Shown in pieces: positions 9,345-19,101 of a DNA stretch of 64,000 nucleotides. A program made the position numbers and the translations under genes. The notes under the pieces are model-generated. The model had not been told where the DNA came from, ran no database searches, and worked only from the letters and a program-made list of their open reading frames with translations. Within the stretch, counting starts at the first letter, position 1. Each line of letters starts with the position of its first letter. This DNA comes from Phreatobacter sp. (lineage in GTDB: Bacteria; Pseudomonadota; Alphaproteobacteria; Rhizobiales; Phreatobacteraceae), in the NCBI GenBank assembly GCA_019749835.1, contig JAIEPJ010000073.1:23660-87659 (forward strand). The letters are read 5' to 3'.

Positions 9345-10340
9345 TCAGGGCGTGAAGATATTGATCGGCAGCAGGCCGTTCTTCACGAGATAGAGCACGG
9401 TGGTCAGCGTCCCCACCGAAATCACCGTGCCGAGAAGAACGGCGTTCGAGGCCTCCTCGACGAAGGTGTCGTATTGCCGGGCGATGATGAACACGTTGAG
9501 GGCCGGCGGCAGGCAGGCCATCAACGCCGCGGCATAGACCCAGGACGGCTCGAAGGTGCCGATCAGCGACAGGATCAGGATCACCAGCGCCGGGTGGATC
9601 AGCAGCTTCAGGGCGAGGATCGGCGAAATGGCGGCGGCGACCCGCGCCAGGGCCGAAAAGCTTTCCATCCGCAGGGCGACCGTCACCCCGAGCGTGAAGA
9701 GCGCGACCGGCGCCGCCGCGTTCTGCAGGAAGGCCAGCAGCCGGTCGAGCATTTCCGGCGGCTGGAATTGCAGGAAGGCCGAGATCACCCCGGCGACCGT
9801 CGCCAGGATGAAGGGATGGGTGGCGATCTTGACCACCACTTCGCCGATCACCGACAGGATCGAGCGGCGCGCCGTGCCGTCCAGCGCCATGAGCAGCGGC
9901 ACGAGCGAGAACAGCAGGATGTTGTCGAAACAGAAGATCAGCGCGACGGGAGCGGCCGCCTCCGCACCGATCGTCGAGAAGGCCAGGCCCGGGCCCATAT
10001 AGCCGATATTGCCATAGGCCGCCGCCACACCTGCCACCGTGGCATGGCCGGTATGGCCACCCGAGCGCCAGGCCATATAGGCGAAGCCGAGGACGAAGAC
10101 CGCGAAGGTGGCAAAGGTCGTGCCGAGGACGAAGGGCACGTTGTTGAGCTTCTCGAGCGGTGTCTGGGCGAGGATGCGGAAGAACAGCGCCGGCAGCGCG
10201 ATATAGATGAGGAAGAAGTTCATCCAGGCCAGGCCCGCCTCGGCGATCGGCGTGCCTTTCCAGGCCTTGTAGCGCGCGGTGAAGAAGCCGAGCGCGATCA
10301 GACCGAAGAACGGCATGGCGAGGTTGAGGACCTGGAGCAT
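9345..10340 (-). CDS. AEC (auxin efflux carrier) family transporter
   Basis: About 10 TM segments, YIALPALFF, YGNIGYMGP, APVALFTLG, ACLPPALNVF. Confidence 0.85.
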   Translation of the reverse strand: MLQVLNLAMPFFGLIALGFFTARYKAWKGTPIAEAGLAWMNFFLIYIALPALFFRILAQTPLEKLNNVPFVLGTTFATFAVFVLGFAYMAWRSGGHTGHATVAGVAAAYGNIGYMGPGLAFSTIGAEAAAPVALIFCFDNILLFSLVPLLMALDGTARRSILSVIGEVVVKIATHPFILATVAGVISAFLQFQPPEMLDRLLAFLQNAAAPVALFTLGVTVALRMESFSALARVAAAISPILALKLLIHPALVILILSLIGTFEPSWVYAAALMACLPPALNVFIIARQYDTFVEEASNAVLLGTVISVGTLTTVLYLVKNGLLPINIFTP

Positions 10341-10419
10341 GGACGGATCGCTGCACGGCGGAAGGTCAGCGACCGCTACTGGGCGGGACCGCCGCGGTCA
10401 ACGGCACCGTCCGCTGAAA

Positions 10420-10755
10420 TCAATGCAGCCCTGTCCGCTTGACCCGGTATTCGCCGTCGGGATCGCGTTCGAAAACCTCGTCGACCTGCGGATGGCGGAT
10501 CGGATCGCCGCTCGTGTCGATCAGCAGGTTCTGCTCGGACACATAGGCGATATACTCCGTGACCTCGTTCTCGGCGAAGAGATGGTAGAAGGGCTGGTCC
10601 TTGGACGGGCGCATCTCGGCCGGAATGGCCTCGTACCATTCGTCCGTGTTGGCAAAGGTCGGGTCGACGTCGAACACGACGCCCCGGAACGGATGGATCC
10701 GGTGCTTCACGATCTGGCCGATCTTGAATTTCGCTTGCCGTGGCTTGTCAATCAC
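10420..10755 (-). CDS. hspQ: Heat shock protein HspQ (YccV-like)
   Basis: AKFKIGQIVKHR..FRGVVFDVDPTF, QPFYHLFAEN, AYVSEQNL; GTG 10755 preferred over ATG 10812 because a TTGACA -35 element lies at 10823-10828. Confidence 0.9.
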   Translation of the reverse strand: MIDKPRQAKFKIGQIVKHRIHPFRGVVFDVDPTFANTDEWYEAIPAEMRPSKDQPFYHLFAENEVTEYIAYVSEQNLLIDTSGDPIRHPQVDEVFERDPDGEYRVKRTGLH

Positions 10756-10859
10756 GCCGGTCCGGGTCCCTTGCGACGATGGTGAGTTCTGGGCGCGCGA
10801 AAAAAGCGGCATGTCACCGTTCTGTCAACGCGGCTTCGCTTTACGGATGCCGACCGGAC

Positions 10860-11900
10860 TCAGATCGCATAGCGCGCCGCGAAATCCGGGTCCTTGGAAG
10901 CGACGATCCGCGCGAGATCGACGATCACCTTCGCCTGTTTCCAGGTCGCATCGTCCTGCATCTTGCCGTCGATCATGACGGCGCCGGAGCCATCCGGCAT
11001 GGCGGCGAGGATGCGCGCAGCGAAGGCGACCTCGCCGGGATCCGGCGAGAAGACGCGCTTGGCGATGTCGATCTGCGAAGGGTGCAGCGTCCAGGCACCG
11101 GCACAGCCCATCAGGAAGGCGTTGCGGAACTGGGTCTCGCAGGCGACCGGGTCGGAAAAGTCGCCGAATGGGCCATAGAAGGCCTTGAGGCCGTTGGCGG
11201 CGCAGGCATCGACCATCTTGGCGATCGTGTAGTGCCACAGATCCTGCTGGTAGACGGCGCGCGGCCCCTCCCCGCCGGGATCGGCGACCACCTTGTAGTC
11301 GGGATGGCCGCCGCCGACCCGCGTCGTCTTCATGGCGCGCGAGGCCGCAAGGTCCGCAGGTCCGAGGCTCATGCCGTGCATGCGCGGCGAGGCCGCCGCG
11401 ATGTCGTCGACGTTCTTGACGCCTTCCGCGGTCTCCAGAATGGCGTGGATGAGGATCGGCTTCCTGACCTGATGGCGCGCCTCGAGCTGGGCGAGCAGCT
11501 GGTCGAGATAGTGGATGTCCCAGGCGCCTTCCACCTTCGGCAGCATGATCACGTCGAGCTTGTTGCCGATGGCGGCGACGATCTGCATGAGGTCGTCGAG
11601 GATCCAGGGGGAATTGAGGGCATTGACCCTTGCCCAGACGCCGGTGGTCCCGAAGTCGGTGGCCTGCACCATCTCGATGAAGCCGGCGCGGGCCGCCTCC
11701 TTGGCATCAAGCGGGATGGCGTCCTCGAGATTGCCGAGCACGACGTCGACGCTCTTCGCCAGGTCCGGCACCTTGGCGCGCACCTTCTCCATGTGCGGCG
11801 GCACGAAATGGATCATCCGCTCCAGCCGCACCGGCAGGTCCCGATAGGGTTCCGGCGCACCGATCGCCAGCGGCTTGTAGACGTTGCGCGGCAGCTTCAT
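10860..11900 (-). CDS. mcl: CitE-family CoA-ester lyase, malyl-CoA/beta-methylmalyl-CoA/citramalyl-CoA lyase type
   Basis: [57 protein letters not shown] 11900 with GAGGAG RBS. Confidence 0.85.
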   Translation of the reverse strand: MKLPRNVYKPLAIGAPEPYRDLPVRLERMIHFVPPHMEKVRAKVPDLAKSVDVVLGNLEDAIPLDAKEAARAGFIEMVQATDFGTTGVWARVNALNSPWILDDLMQIVAAIGNKLDVIMLPKVEGAWDIHYLDQLLAQLEARHQVRKPILIHAILETAEGVKNVDDIAAASPRMHGMSLGPADLAASRAMKTTRVGGGHPDYKVVADPGGEGPRAVYQQDLWHYTIAKMVDACAANGLKAFYGPFGDFSDPVACETQFRNAFLMGCAGAWTLHPSQIDIAKRVFSPDPGEVAFAARILAAMPDGSGAVMIDGKMQDDATWKQAKVIVDLARIVASKDPDFAARYAI

Positions 11901-11980
11901 GTCCCACTCCTCGTTGCGACCAGCGCTACAGGACGAGGTTGCACCGCACAATTCCGTGGAACGGCGGATGTGGCGCAACG

Positions 11981-12009
11981 AAAAAGGGCGCGGAACCGGT
12001 CCGCGCCCT
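11981..12009 (-). terminator. Rho-independent terminator downstream of ialB
   Basis: AGGGCGCGGA-accgg-TCCGCGCCCT 10-bp stem; A5 on + strand gives a U-tract on - strand. Confidence 0.7.
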
Positions 12010-12031
12010 CGTCGATCGACCGGGTGATGGT

Positions 12032-12844
12032 TCAGCGCTGCGGCGGCGCCAGCGGCTGCATGCCGGCCGGCGCGCCCGGGATCGGGGCGGCGCCGGGCAC
12101 GGCGCCCTGCTGGCGCTGCTGCTGCTCCTGCAGGCGGCGCTGGGCCTCCTCGCCACGGCGCGGCAACTCGGCCTGCAGGCGGCGCTGGCTCTCCTCATAG
12201 GCCCTCGGGTCGACGGGCTCGCCGTCATAGGAGGCCTGGAAACCCTGCAGCGACATGCCGAGCGAGATGGCCCGGTTGTTCATGTTCACGACCTGGATAT
12301 TGAGGTTGGTCGAACGCTTCATCCGGGTCAGGAATTCCGGCTGCAGTTCCATCTGCGCGAAACAGGCATTGGGAAGGCAGACCTCGTAGCGCATCGCCTG
12401 CGGCTGCGGCTGTCCGGGGCCTTCCAGCACGACGCGGATGCCCGGCTGCAGCGACATGCCCACCGGCACGGCGATGATCAGCCGCGGCTTCTCACCCTCG
12501 AGGTCGCGGATCTGGACCGAGGCGAGCATCTGGCCGTTCTCGGCGCGGGTTTCCTGCACGACCATGCAGAGCTTCTTGGTGGTGGGCGGCGTGCGCTCGT
12601 CGGTGGGAACCTGGTCGCAGAGCTTCACCCACGGGGTCTGGATGGCGCCAAGATTCTCCTGGGCACCGGCAGCCGGCGCGGCCGGCTGGGCAGGAGTGGG
12701 CTGCGCGGGAGCCGCCTGGGCCGGACGCGGCGCCGGCCGCTGGGGCGTCTGCGGGGCCGGAGCCTGGGCGAAGGCGAAGGCAGGCACCAGCGCAAGAGCG
12801 AGGCCGGCACCGACGCGAGCCGCAGCTTTGGCGGAGATCGACAT
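12032..12844 (-). CDS. ialB: Invasion-associated locus B (IalB) family exported protein
   Basis: Signal peptide (AFA-Q), Pro/Ala linker, WVKLC...[40 protein letters not shown] 12844. Confidence 0.82.
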   Translation of the reverse strand: MSISAKAAARVGAGLALALVPAFAFAQAPAPQTPQRPAPRPAQAAPAQPTPAQPAAPAAGAQENLGAIQTPWVKLCDQVPTDERTPPTTKKLCMVVQETRAENGQMLASVQIRDLEGEKPRLIIAVPVGMSLQPGIRVVLEGPGQPQPQAMRYEVCLPNACFAQMELQPEFLTRMKRSTNLNIQVVNMNNRAISLGMSLQGFQASYDGEPVDPRAYEESQRRLQAELPRRGEEAQRRLQEQQQRQQGAVPGAAPIPGAPAGMQPLAPPQR

Positions 12845-12939
12845 GAAAGGTCCTTTCGATCGTGTCCGTAGCGCAAGCCGGAGCCTGGCAGGCCGGACCT
12901 TAATGGGTCGGATTCGGACGCGCTGTGTCGCTGCCGAAC

Positions 12940-12956
12940 GTGGCGACATGGTGGCG
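12940..12956 (-). promoter_or_regulatory. 11-bp-period direct repeat upstream of ialB (possible ChvI/OmpR-type site)
   Basis: CGCCAC-catgt-CGCCAC on - strand, i.e. GCC-N8-GCC. Confidence 0.3.
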
Positions 12957-13058
12957 CGGTCCCTCGGCGCGCTCAATAGCGGCTCGCCGTCCCGTTGAAA
13001 AGCCGGAATCACGGGGCCTTCATGCTAGGGACAGAAGCGGCCAACCCAACGGACCCCC

Positions 13059-14897
13059 ATGCTGCTCCGCTTTCTCCTTCCCGTTTTCGCCCTCGCCGTG
13101 CTGGCGACGGGGCTGCCTGCGCCCTCCCCGGCGGCGGACTTTCCGCGGGCGCCGGTCCAGGCCGCCATCGCCATGCATGGCGAGCCTGCCGCCCGGCCGG
13201 ATGCCGCCCACCGGCGCTATGTGAACCCGGATGCTCCCAAGGGCGGCCGGATCGTTCTCGGCGTGCAGGGGACGTTCGACACGCTCAACCCTTTCGTCGT
13301 CCGCGGCCTGCCGGTCCCCGGCGCCCGGCAGTACCTCTACGAGACCCTGTTGGCGCGCTCCTATGACGAGCCCTTCACCCTCTACCCGCAGATCGCTTCG
13401 GGTCTGGAAGTGCCCGACGACCGCTCCTGGATCATCTTCCATATCGATCCACGGGCCCGCTTCTCCGACGGCCGCCCGGTCACCGCCGCCGATATCCGCT
13501 TCTCCTTCGAGCTGCTCCGCGAGCGCGGCCGCCCCAACCACCGCAGCTATTACCGCAAGGTCCGCCAGGTCGACCTGATCGACGCGCAGACGATCCGCTT
13601 CGACCTCGCAGGGGCCAACGACCGAGAACTGCCGCTGATTCTCGGGCTCATGCCGGTCCTGCCGCAACATGCAACCGACCCCTCGACCTTCGAAGACACG
13701 ACGCTGCAGCCGCTGGTCGGTTCCGGCCCCTATACGGTGGGCGAGGTCCGCGCGGGCGAGAGCCTGTCCCTCAAGCGCGACCCCAACTGGTGGGGCCGCG
13801 ACCTGCCGATCAACCGTGGCCTGTTCAATTTCGACGAGATCCGCTTCGAATTCTACCGCGACGGCAACACCCTCTTCGAAGCCTTCAAAAAGGGGCTCGT
13901 CGACAGCCGCGTGGAAACCGATCCCGGCCGCTGGACGTCGGGCTATGATTTCCCGGCGATGCGCGAGGGTCGGATCCTGCGCGAGACGCTGCGCCCCGGC
14001 ACGCCGAAGGGCATTCGCGGCCTGACCATGAACACCCGGCGCCAGGTCTTCCAGGACGTGAGGGTGCGCGAGGCCTTGGGGCTGCTGTTCGACTTCGAAT
14101 GGGCCAACCACGCCCTCTATGCCGGCGGCTTCGAACGCAGCCAGTCACTGTTCGAAGGGTCCGAACTCTCCGCCCGCAGTCGGCCTGCCGATGCCGAGGA
14201 ACGCCGGCTGCTGACCGATGCCGGCGCCAGCGTCCGTGACGACATTCTCGACGGCACCTACCAGGTGCCGGTTTCCGACGGCTCCGGCAGCGACCGCACC
14301 CGACTGCGCCAGGCGATCGCCCTGTTCGCGGCGGCCGGCTGGCGCCTCGAGGGCGGCGCCATGCGCAGCGCGGCGACGGGCCAGCCCTTCACCTTCGAAT
14401 TCCTCGTCGCTACCCGTGACCAGGAGCGCCTCGCCCTGACCTACCAGCGCTTCCTGCAGCGGGCCGGCATCCGGATGGCGGTCCGCAATGTCGACGCCGT
14501 GCAATATGACCGCCGGCTCCGCGACTATGATTTCGACATGGTCGACTACCGCTGGTGGAATACCTCGCTCTCGCCGGGCAATGAACAGGCCTTCTACTGG
14601 GGCGTCGCCGCCGGCCGCGCGCCGGGCAGCCGCAACCTGCCCGGCATTGCCGATCCCGCTGTCGACAGGCTGGTGGCCGCGATCGTCGAGGCCCGCCGGC
14701 GCGAGGACCTCATCACCGCCGCACGGGCTCTCGACCGAGTGGTGACGTCCGGCTTCTACTGGGTGCCGCTGTTCCACCAGCCGGCGCAGTGGATTGCCCG
14801 CTGGAATCACATCGGCATGCCTGCCGAATCATCCGTTTTCGGCTATCTCGTTGAGACGTGGTGGCGTCGGGACGCCGGTGGGGCTGACAGGCAGTGA
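13059..14897 (+). CDS. ABC-type substrate-binding protein family 5 (YejA-like), no adjacent permease or ATPase
   Basis: Signal peptide, AIAMHGEP, YVNPDAPKGG, GTFDTLNPF, ARFSDGRPVTAADI, GSGPY, SLSPGNEQ. Confidence 0.9.
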   Translation: MLLRFLLPVFALAVLATGLPAPSPAADFPRAPVQAAIAMHGEPAARPDAAHRRYVNPDAPKGGRIVLGVQGTFDTLNPFVVRGLPVPGARQYLYETLLARSYDEPFTLYPQIASGLEVPDDRSWIIFHIDPRARFSDGRPVTAADIRFSFELLRERGRPNHRSYYRKVRQVDLIDAQTIRFDLAGANDRELPLILGLMPVLPQHATDPSTFEDTTLQPLVGSGPYTVGEVRAGESLSLKRDPNWWGRDLPINRGLFNFDEIRFEFYRDGNTLFEAFKKGLVDSRVETDPGRWTSGYDFPAMREGRILRETLRPGTPKGIRGLTMNTRRQVFQDVRVREALGLLFDFEWANHALYAGGFERSQSLFEGSELSARSRPADAEERRLLTDAGASVRDDILDGTYQVPVSDGSGSDRTRLRQAIALFAAAGWRLEGGAMRSAATGQPFTFEFLVATRDQERLALTYQRFLQRAGIRMAVRNVDAVQYDRRLRDYDFDMVDYRWWNTSLSPGNEQAFYWGVAAGRAPGSRNLPGIADPAVDRLVAAIVEARRREDLITAARALDRVVTSGFYWVPLFHQPAQWIARWNHIGMPAESSVFGYLVETWWRRDAGGADRQ

Positions 14898-16549
14898 TTC
14901 TGGGGCGCGGCAAGAAGGGTTCGTCGTCGGGCGTGGCGGGTCGCGTGACGCTCGACGGATTGCTGCGCCGTGCCGCCGAAATCCGTCCGGGCGCCCGGGC
15001 CCTGGCCGACGCGCCCAACCGGCCTCATCTCATCGGCGGTGATCCGCGCCAGCTCTCCTGGGCCGAGCTCGACGGCCTCGTCGACGCCCTCGCCGGGCGG
15101 CTGCGGGACATGGGACTGCCCACCGATGCCGTCGTCGCGACGCAGTTCGCCCTGTCGAGCGACGCGGTCATTGCCCTTCTGGCGCTGTCGCGCGCCGGCC
15201 TCATCGCCGCGCCCGTGCCGCTCGGCTGGGGGCGACGGGAGACCACGGCCCATCTGCAGCGCACCGGCGCCCGCGCCATCCTCACCGCCGGTCGCATCGG
15301 TCCTGTGGACTGCGCCGACATGATGCGGTTCGCTGCCGCCGAGACCTTCTCCGTCCGCTTCGTCCTGTCGCTCGGCGGGCCGGCCCTCGACGGCGTCATC
15401 CCGCTCGACGACGTGCTGGCACTGCCGGTCGCCGCCGAACGGATCGAGATCGCGCGTTCGGACAATCCCGCCGACCATATCGCCGTCGTGACAACAGACG
15501 CGGTGGCGGAAGGCCATATCGCGGTTGCCCGCAGCCATAACGAACTGATCGCCGGGGGCCTCGCCGCCTTCATGGCCGGCGTGCCCGATGAACACGCGGT
15601 CTTCGCCGCGACCCTGGCGCCGGACTGTTTCGCCGGAATCGCCCTGCAGATCGTCCCCTGGCTCATGGCCGGCGGCACCCTCATCGCCCATCCGCCGCTG
15701 GCGCTGCGCATCGTCCTCGACCGTCTGGCCCCCGACGGCACCACCCATGCCGTGCTTCCCGCCGCCGCTGCCGCTGCTGTGGTCAACGCTCCCCTCGCCC
15801 AGCGGCCAGCGCTGCGCCACCTCGCCCTCTTTTCGCGGCGCCCGGTCGAGACGCAGGCCTTCGCCGAGGCCGTGGCGGAAGGGCTCGCCGTCGACATTTT
15901 CCTCGGCATCGGCGAAACCGCCGTTGCCCGCGCCCTCAAAGGGCAGCCCGGCGCGCTGATGCTCGGGCCGGACAGCCATACGTCGGGTGGCGGGCAGTCG
16001 CCGATCCTGATCGAATCGCGCGTCGGTCCCGAGGGCCACCTGTCGCTGCGCGGCGCCATGGTGCCGCGCTCCGCATTCCCGCCAGGGGCCGAGAACGGCC
16101 AGCCGCCCTTCTGGTCGGTCGACGCGGACGGGTTCCGCGACACCGGCCTGCCGGCCGCAGCCGACAAGGCCCGCAAGAGCGTCGCCATCGGCTCGCGCGA
16201 GCCGGGCGTGGTCTCCATCGGCGGACGTCGCTTCGCCGAGAGTGCCCTGCGCGCCGCCTATGTCGAAGCCGGTGGCGAGATCGCCCCCGTCATTCGGCCA
16301 GATCCCCTGCTCGGCGACCGGGTGTCGGGCGTCGTCGGCGACGGCCGGGCGATCGCAGGCCTGGCGAGCCGCCTCCTCGACACGGGCGTGACGCCCCTCG
16401 CCATTCCCGGCGGGACGCGGCAGGCCGTGCAGATGCCCTTCGAGGACACGCGGCCGCGCGAGCCGGAACCGCTGCTCGATCCGCTCGGGGATGCCCATTC
16501 CGCCCTCGCACAACTCCTGAGCGTGGCGCGGGCGGCCGCGGGGTATTAA
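14894..16549 (+). CDS. Class I adenylate-forming (AMP-binding) family protein with degenerate ATP motifs
   Basis: ANL-like N-terminus (TLDGLLRRAA..RP...AL.D, LSWAELD..V..LAGRL..GL); GTG overlaps the binding-protein stop codon; A3, A7 and A10 motifs altered. Confidence 0.75.
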   Translation: MILGRGKKGSSSGVAGRVTLDGLLRRAAEIRPGARALADAPNRPHLIGGDPRQLSWAELDGLVDALAGRLRDMGLPTDAVVATQFALSSDAVIALLALSRAGLIAAPVPLGWGRRETTAHLQRTGARAILTAGRIGPVDCADMMRFAAAETFSVRFVLSLGGPALDGVIPLDDVLALPVAAERIEIARSDNPADHIAVVTTDAVAEGHIAVARSHNELIAGGLAAFMAGVPDEHAVFAATLAPDCFAGIALQIVPWLMAGGTLIAHPPLALRIVLDRLAPDGTTHAVLPAAAAAAVVNAPLAQRPALRHLALFSRRPVETQAFAEAVAEGLAVDIFLGIGETAVARALKGQPGALMLGPDSHTSGGGQSPILIESRVGPEGHLSLRGAMVPRSAFPPGAENGQPPFWSVDADGFRDTGLPAAADKARKSVAIGSREPGVVSIGGRRFAESALRAAYVEAGGEIAPVIRPDPLLGDRVSGVVGDGRAIAGLASRLLDTGVTPLAIPGGTRQAVQMPFEDTRPREPEPLLDPLGDAHSALAQLLSVARAAAGY

Positions 16550-16577
16550 GTCTGGGCTTTCTGTCAGGGAGCCTGCC

Positions 16578-17258
16578 ATGGCCGACACCCCATCCTCGAC
16601 CCCGCCCACGTTGACGATCGACGTTGTCTCAGACGTCGTCTGCCCCTGGTGCTTCGTCGGCAAGCGCCGGCTGGAAAAGGCGCTGGCCCTGACACCCGAC
16701 ATCGCGACAGAGATCCACTGGCGGCCCTACCAGCTCGCGCCGGACCTGCCGCCCGAGGGCAAGCCGCGGCGCCAATACATGCTAGACAAATTCGGCGATC
16801 CCGAACGCATCCGGCAGATCCACGAAAGGCTGACCGGGATCGGCGCGGAAGAGGGAATCGCCTTCGATTTTGACCGCATCGCCGTCGCCCCCAACACGCT
16901 GAATGCCCACCGGCTGATTCTGTGGGCCCGCTCGCCGGAAACGCAGAACCGCGTGGTCGAAGCCCTGTTCTCGGCCTTTTTCATCGAGGGCCGGAACCTG
17001 GCTGACGACGCTGAACTCGTTGCGATCGGTGAATCATGCGGCCTCGACGCGGAACTCCTGGCAGAGCTTTTTGCCACGGATGCCGATGTCGAACGGACCC
17101 GCCGCGAGTATTTCTCGGCGCAGAAGATCGGCGTGACCGGCGTCCCCTTCTTCATCGTCGCCGGCCGCTACGGTATCGCCGGCGCCGAGGCGCCCGAAAC
17201 GATCGCCGGTGCCATCCGCCAGGCGGCGGCGGAAGCGGCGGCCAGCGTCGCCTCGTGA
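16578..17258 (+). CDS. DsbA/FrnE family thiol-disulfide oxidoreductase
   Basis: IDVVSDVVCPWCFVGKRRL, PNTLNAHRL, GVTGVPFF. Confidence 0.9.
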   Translation: MADTPSSTPPTLTIDVVSDVVCPWCFVGKRRLEKALALTPDIATEIHWRPYQLAPDLPPEGKPRRQYMLDKFGDPERIRQIHERLTGIGAEEGIAFDFDRIAVAPNTLNAHRLILWARSPETQNRVVEALFSAFFIEGRNLADDAELVAIGESCGLDAELLAELFATDADVERTRREYFSAQKIGVTGVPFFIVAGRYGIAGAEAPETIAGAIRQAAAEAAASVAS

Positions 17259-17299
17259 CGATCGTTGCGGAGCGCGAGCGGAGGCGCTAGGTCCGGTCC

Positions 17300-17785
17300 A
17301 TGGCACAGTCGAAAACCCTCACCCATCTCGATGCGAGCGGCACGGCCAACATGGTCGACGTCTCTGCCAAACCGGCCACGGAGCGCACCGCGGTCGCCGT
17401 GGGTGCGGTGGTCATGAAACCCGAGACCCTCGCCCTGGTGCGCGCGGGCGACGCCAAGAAGGGCGATGTGCTCGGCACAGCGCGCCTCGCCGGCATCATG
17501 GCGGCCAAGCGCACCCATGAGCTCATTCCCCTCTGCCATCCGCTGCTGCTGACCAAGGTCGCCGTGGACGTCACGCCCGACGACGCGCTGCCGGGCGTCA
17601 GGGTGAGCGCCACTGTCAAGGTTTCGGGCCAGACCGGGGTCGAGATGGAGGCCCTCACGGCGGTCTCCGTCGCCTGCCTGACCGTCTACGACATGGTCAA
17701 GGCCGTCGACCGCGGCATGCGGATCGAGGCCGTGCATCTCGTCGAGAAGACTGGCGGCGCCTCCGGCACCTACAGGGCGGAGTGA
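17300..17785 (+). CDS. moaC: Cyclic pyranopterin monophosphate synthase MoaC
   Basis: [45 protein letters not shown]. Confidence 0.97.
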   Translation: MAQSKTLTHLDASGTANMVDVSAKPATERTAVAVGAVVMKPETLALVRAGDAKKGDVLGTARLAGIMAAKRTHELIPLCHPLLLTKVAVDVTPDDALPGVRVSATVKVSGQTGVEMEALTAVSVACLTVYDMVKAVDRGMRIEAVHLVEKTGGASGTYRAE

Positions 17786-17788
17786 GCC

Positions 17789-18991
17789 ATGGCGGGGCTG
17801 CTTCCCGTCGCAGAAGCACTCACCCGTGTGCTGGCGGGGGCAACGCCCCTGCCGGAAGAATGGATCCCCGTCGGCGACTGCGATGGCCGTGTGCTGACCC
17901 GCGACCTCGTCTCCGGTCGGAGCCAGCCGCCGGACGACATGTCGTCGATGGACGGTTATGCAGTCCGTAGCATCGACCTGCCGGGAGTGCTCAGCGTCAT
18001 CGGCGAATCCGCGGCGGGCCGCGGCTTCGCCGGCGCCGTGTCCGCCGGTACGGCCGTGCGGATCTTCACCGGCGCGCCGGTGCCGGCCGGCGCCGATGCG
18101 ATCGTGATGCAGGAGGAGGCCCGGCGCGAAGGCGACCAGGTTGCGATAGCCAACGCCGTGCGCGCCGGACAGTTCATCCGCCGCCGCGGGCTCGACTTCA
18201 CCGAGGGTCTCACGGGCCTGGCCGCCGGCACCCTCATGAACCCGCGGCGCCTGGCGCTTGCCGCCGCCATGAACCATGCCACCGTTCCCGTGCACCGCAG
18301 GCCGCGGGTCGCCATCCTGTCGACCGGCGACGAACTGGTCGAACCAGGGACCGCGCCGGGGCCGGACCAGATCGTCTCCTCGAACGCCCTGGCGCTGGCC
18401 GCCATCGTCCGGCGGGCCGGTGGTGAACCCACCATGCTCGGCATTGCGCCGGACCGCCTCGCCGAGACCCTCGCCCGCGTGCGCGCCGCCCGCGAAACGG
18501 GCCACGACGTCCTCGTGACCTCCGGTGGCGCCTCGGTCGGCGAATATGACCTGATGCGCGAGGTGATCGCGGCCGAGGGCGCCGCGCCAGGCTTCTGGAA
18601 GATCGCCATGCGTCCGGGCAAGCCCCTGATGATGGCTGATCTCGGCGCCATGCGCCTGCTCGGCCTGCCGGGCAATCCCGTCGCCTCCTTCGTCTGCGCG
18701 ACCCTCTTCCTGCGGCCGCTGCTGTTCCGTCTCGGCGGGCGCAGCGACGCGGTCGACCCGACCGAAGAAGCCGTTCTCGGCACGGATGTCGGCCCCAACG
18801 ACCTCAGGGCCGATCACCTGCGCGCCACCCTCACGAGCGGTGACGGCCGTCTCGTCGCCACGCCCTTTGCGGTCCAGGATTCGTCTATGATCCGGGTCCT
18901 CGCCGAAGCCGATGCTCTCATTCTCCGGCCGCCCCATGCGCCGGCCGCGGCAGCGGGTAGCCCCTGCCGCATTCTCCGCCTGGACCTCTAG
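17789..18991 (+). CDS. moeA: Molybdopterin molybdotransferase MoeA
   Basis: SSMDGYAV, RIFTGAPVP.GADAIVMQE, STGDEL, SGGASVG, MRPGKP, GLPGNPVAS. Confidence 0.96.
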   Translation: MAGLLPVAEALTRVLAGATPLPEEWIPVGDCDGRVLTRDLVSGRSQPPDDMSSMDGYAVRSIDLPGVLSVIGESAAGRGFAGAVSAGTAVRIFTGAPVPAGADAIVMQEEARREGDQVAIANAVRAGQFIRRRGLDFTEGLTGLAAGTLMNPRRLALAAAMNHATVPVHRRPRVAILSTGDELVEPGTAPGPDQIVSSNALALAAIVRRAGGEPTMLGIAPDRLAETLARVRAARETGHDVLVTSGGASVGEYDLMREVIAAEGAAPGFWKIAMRPGKPLMMADLGAMRLLGLPGNPVASFVCATLFLRPLLFRLGGRSDAVDPTEEAVLGTDVGPNDLRADHLRATLTSGDGRLVATPFAVQDSSMIRVLAEADALILRPPHAPAAAAGSPCRILRLDL

Positions 18992-19022
18992 CCAGGCTCT
19001 TTACCGGATATCAACGGTTGCG

Positions 19023-19063
19023 GAACACATAAAGAACAGATAGTGATTGTTCATGGTCTGTTC
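19023..19063. promoter_or_regulatory. Two alphaproteobacterial SOS (LexA) boxes upstream of lexA
   Basis: GAAC-ACATAAA-GAAC (19023-19037) and GTTC-ATGGTCT-GTTC (19049-19063), both exact matches to GTTC-N7-GTTC. Confidence 0.9.
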
Positions 19064-19101
19064 GGTTGAGTCGGGCCGATGAAATCCAGGGACGGAAACC
19101 G

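Noticed and set aside
12660-12770. Pro/Ala/Gln-rich repeats in ialB
   Set aside because: Low-complexity linker after a signal peptide, typical of this family
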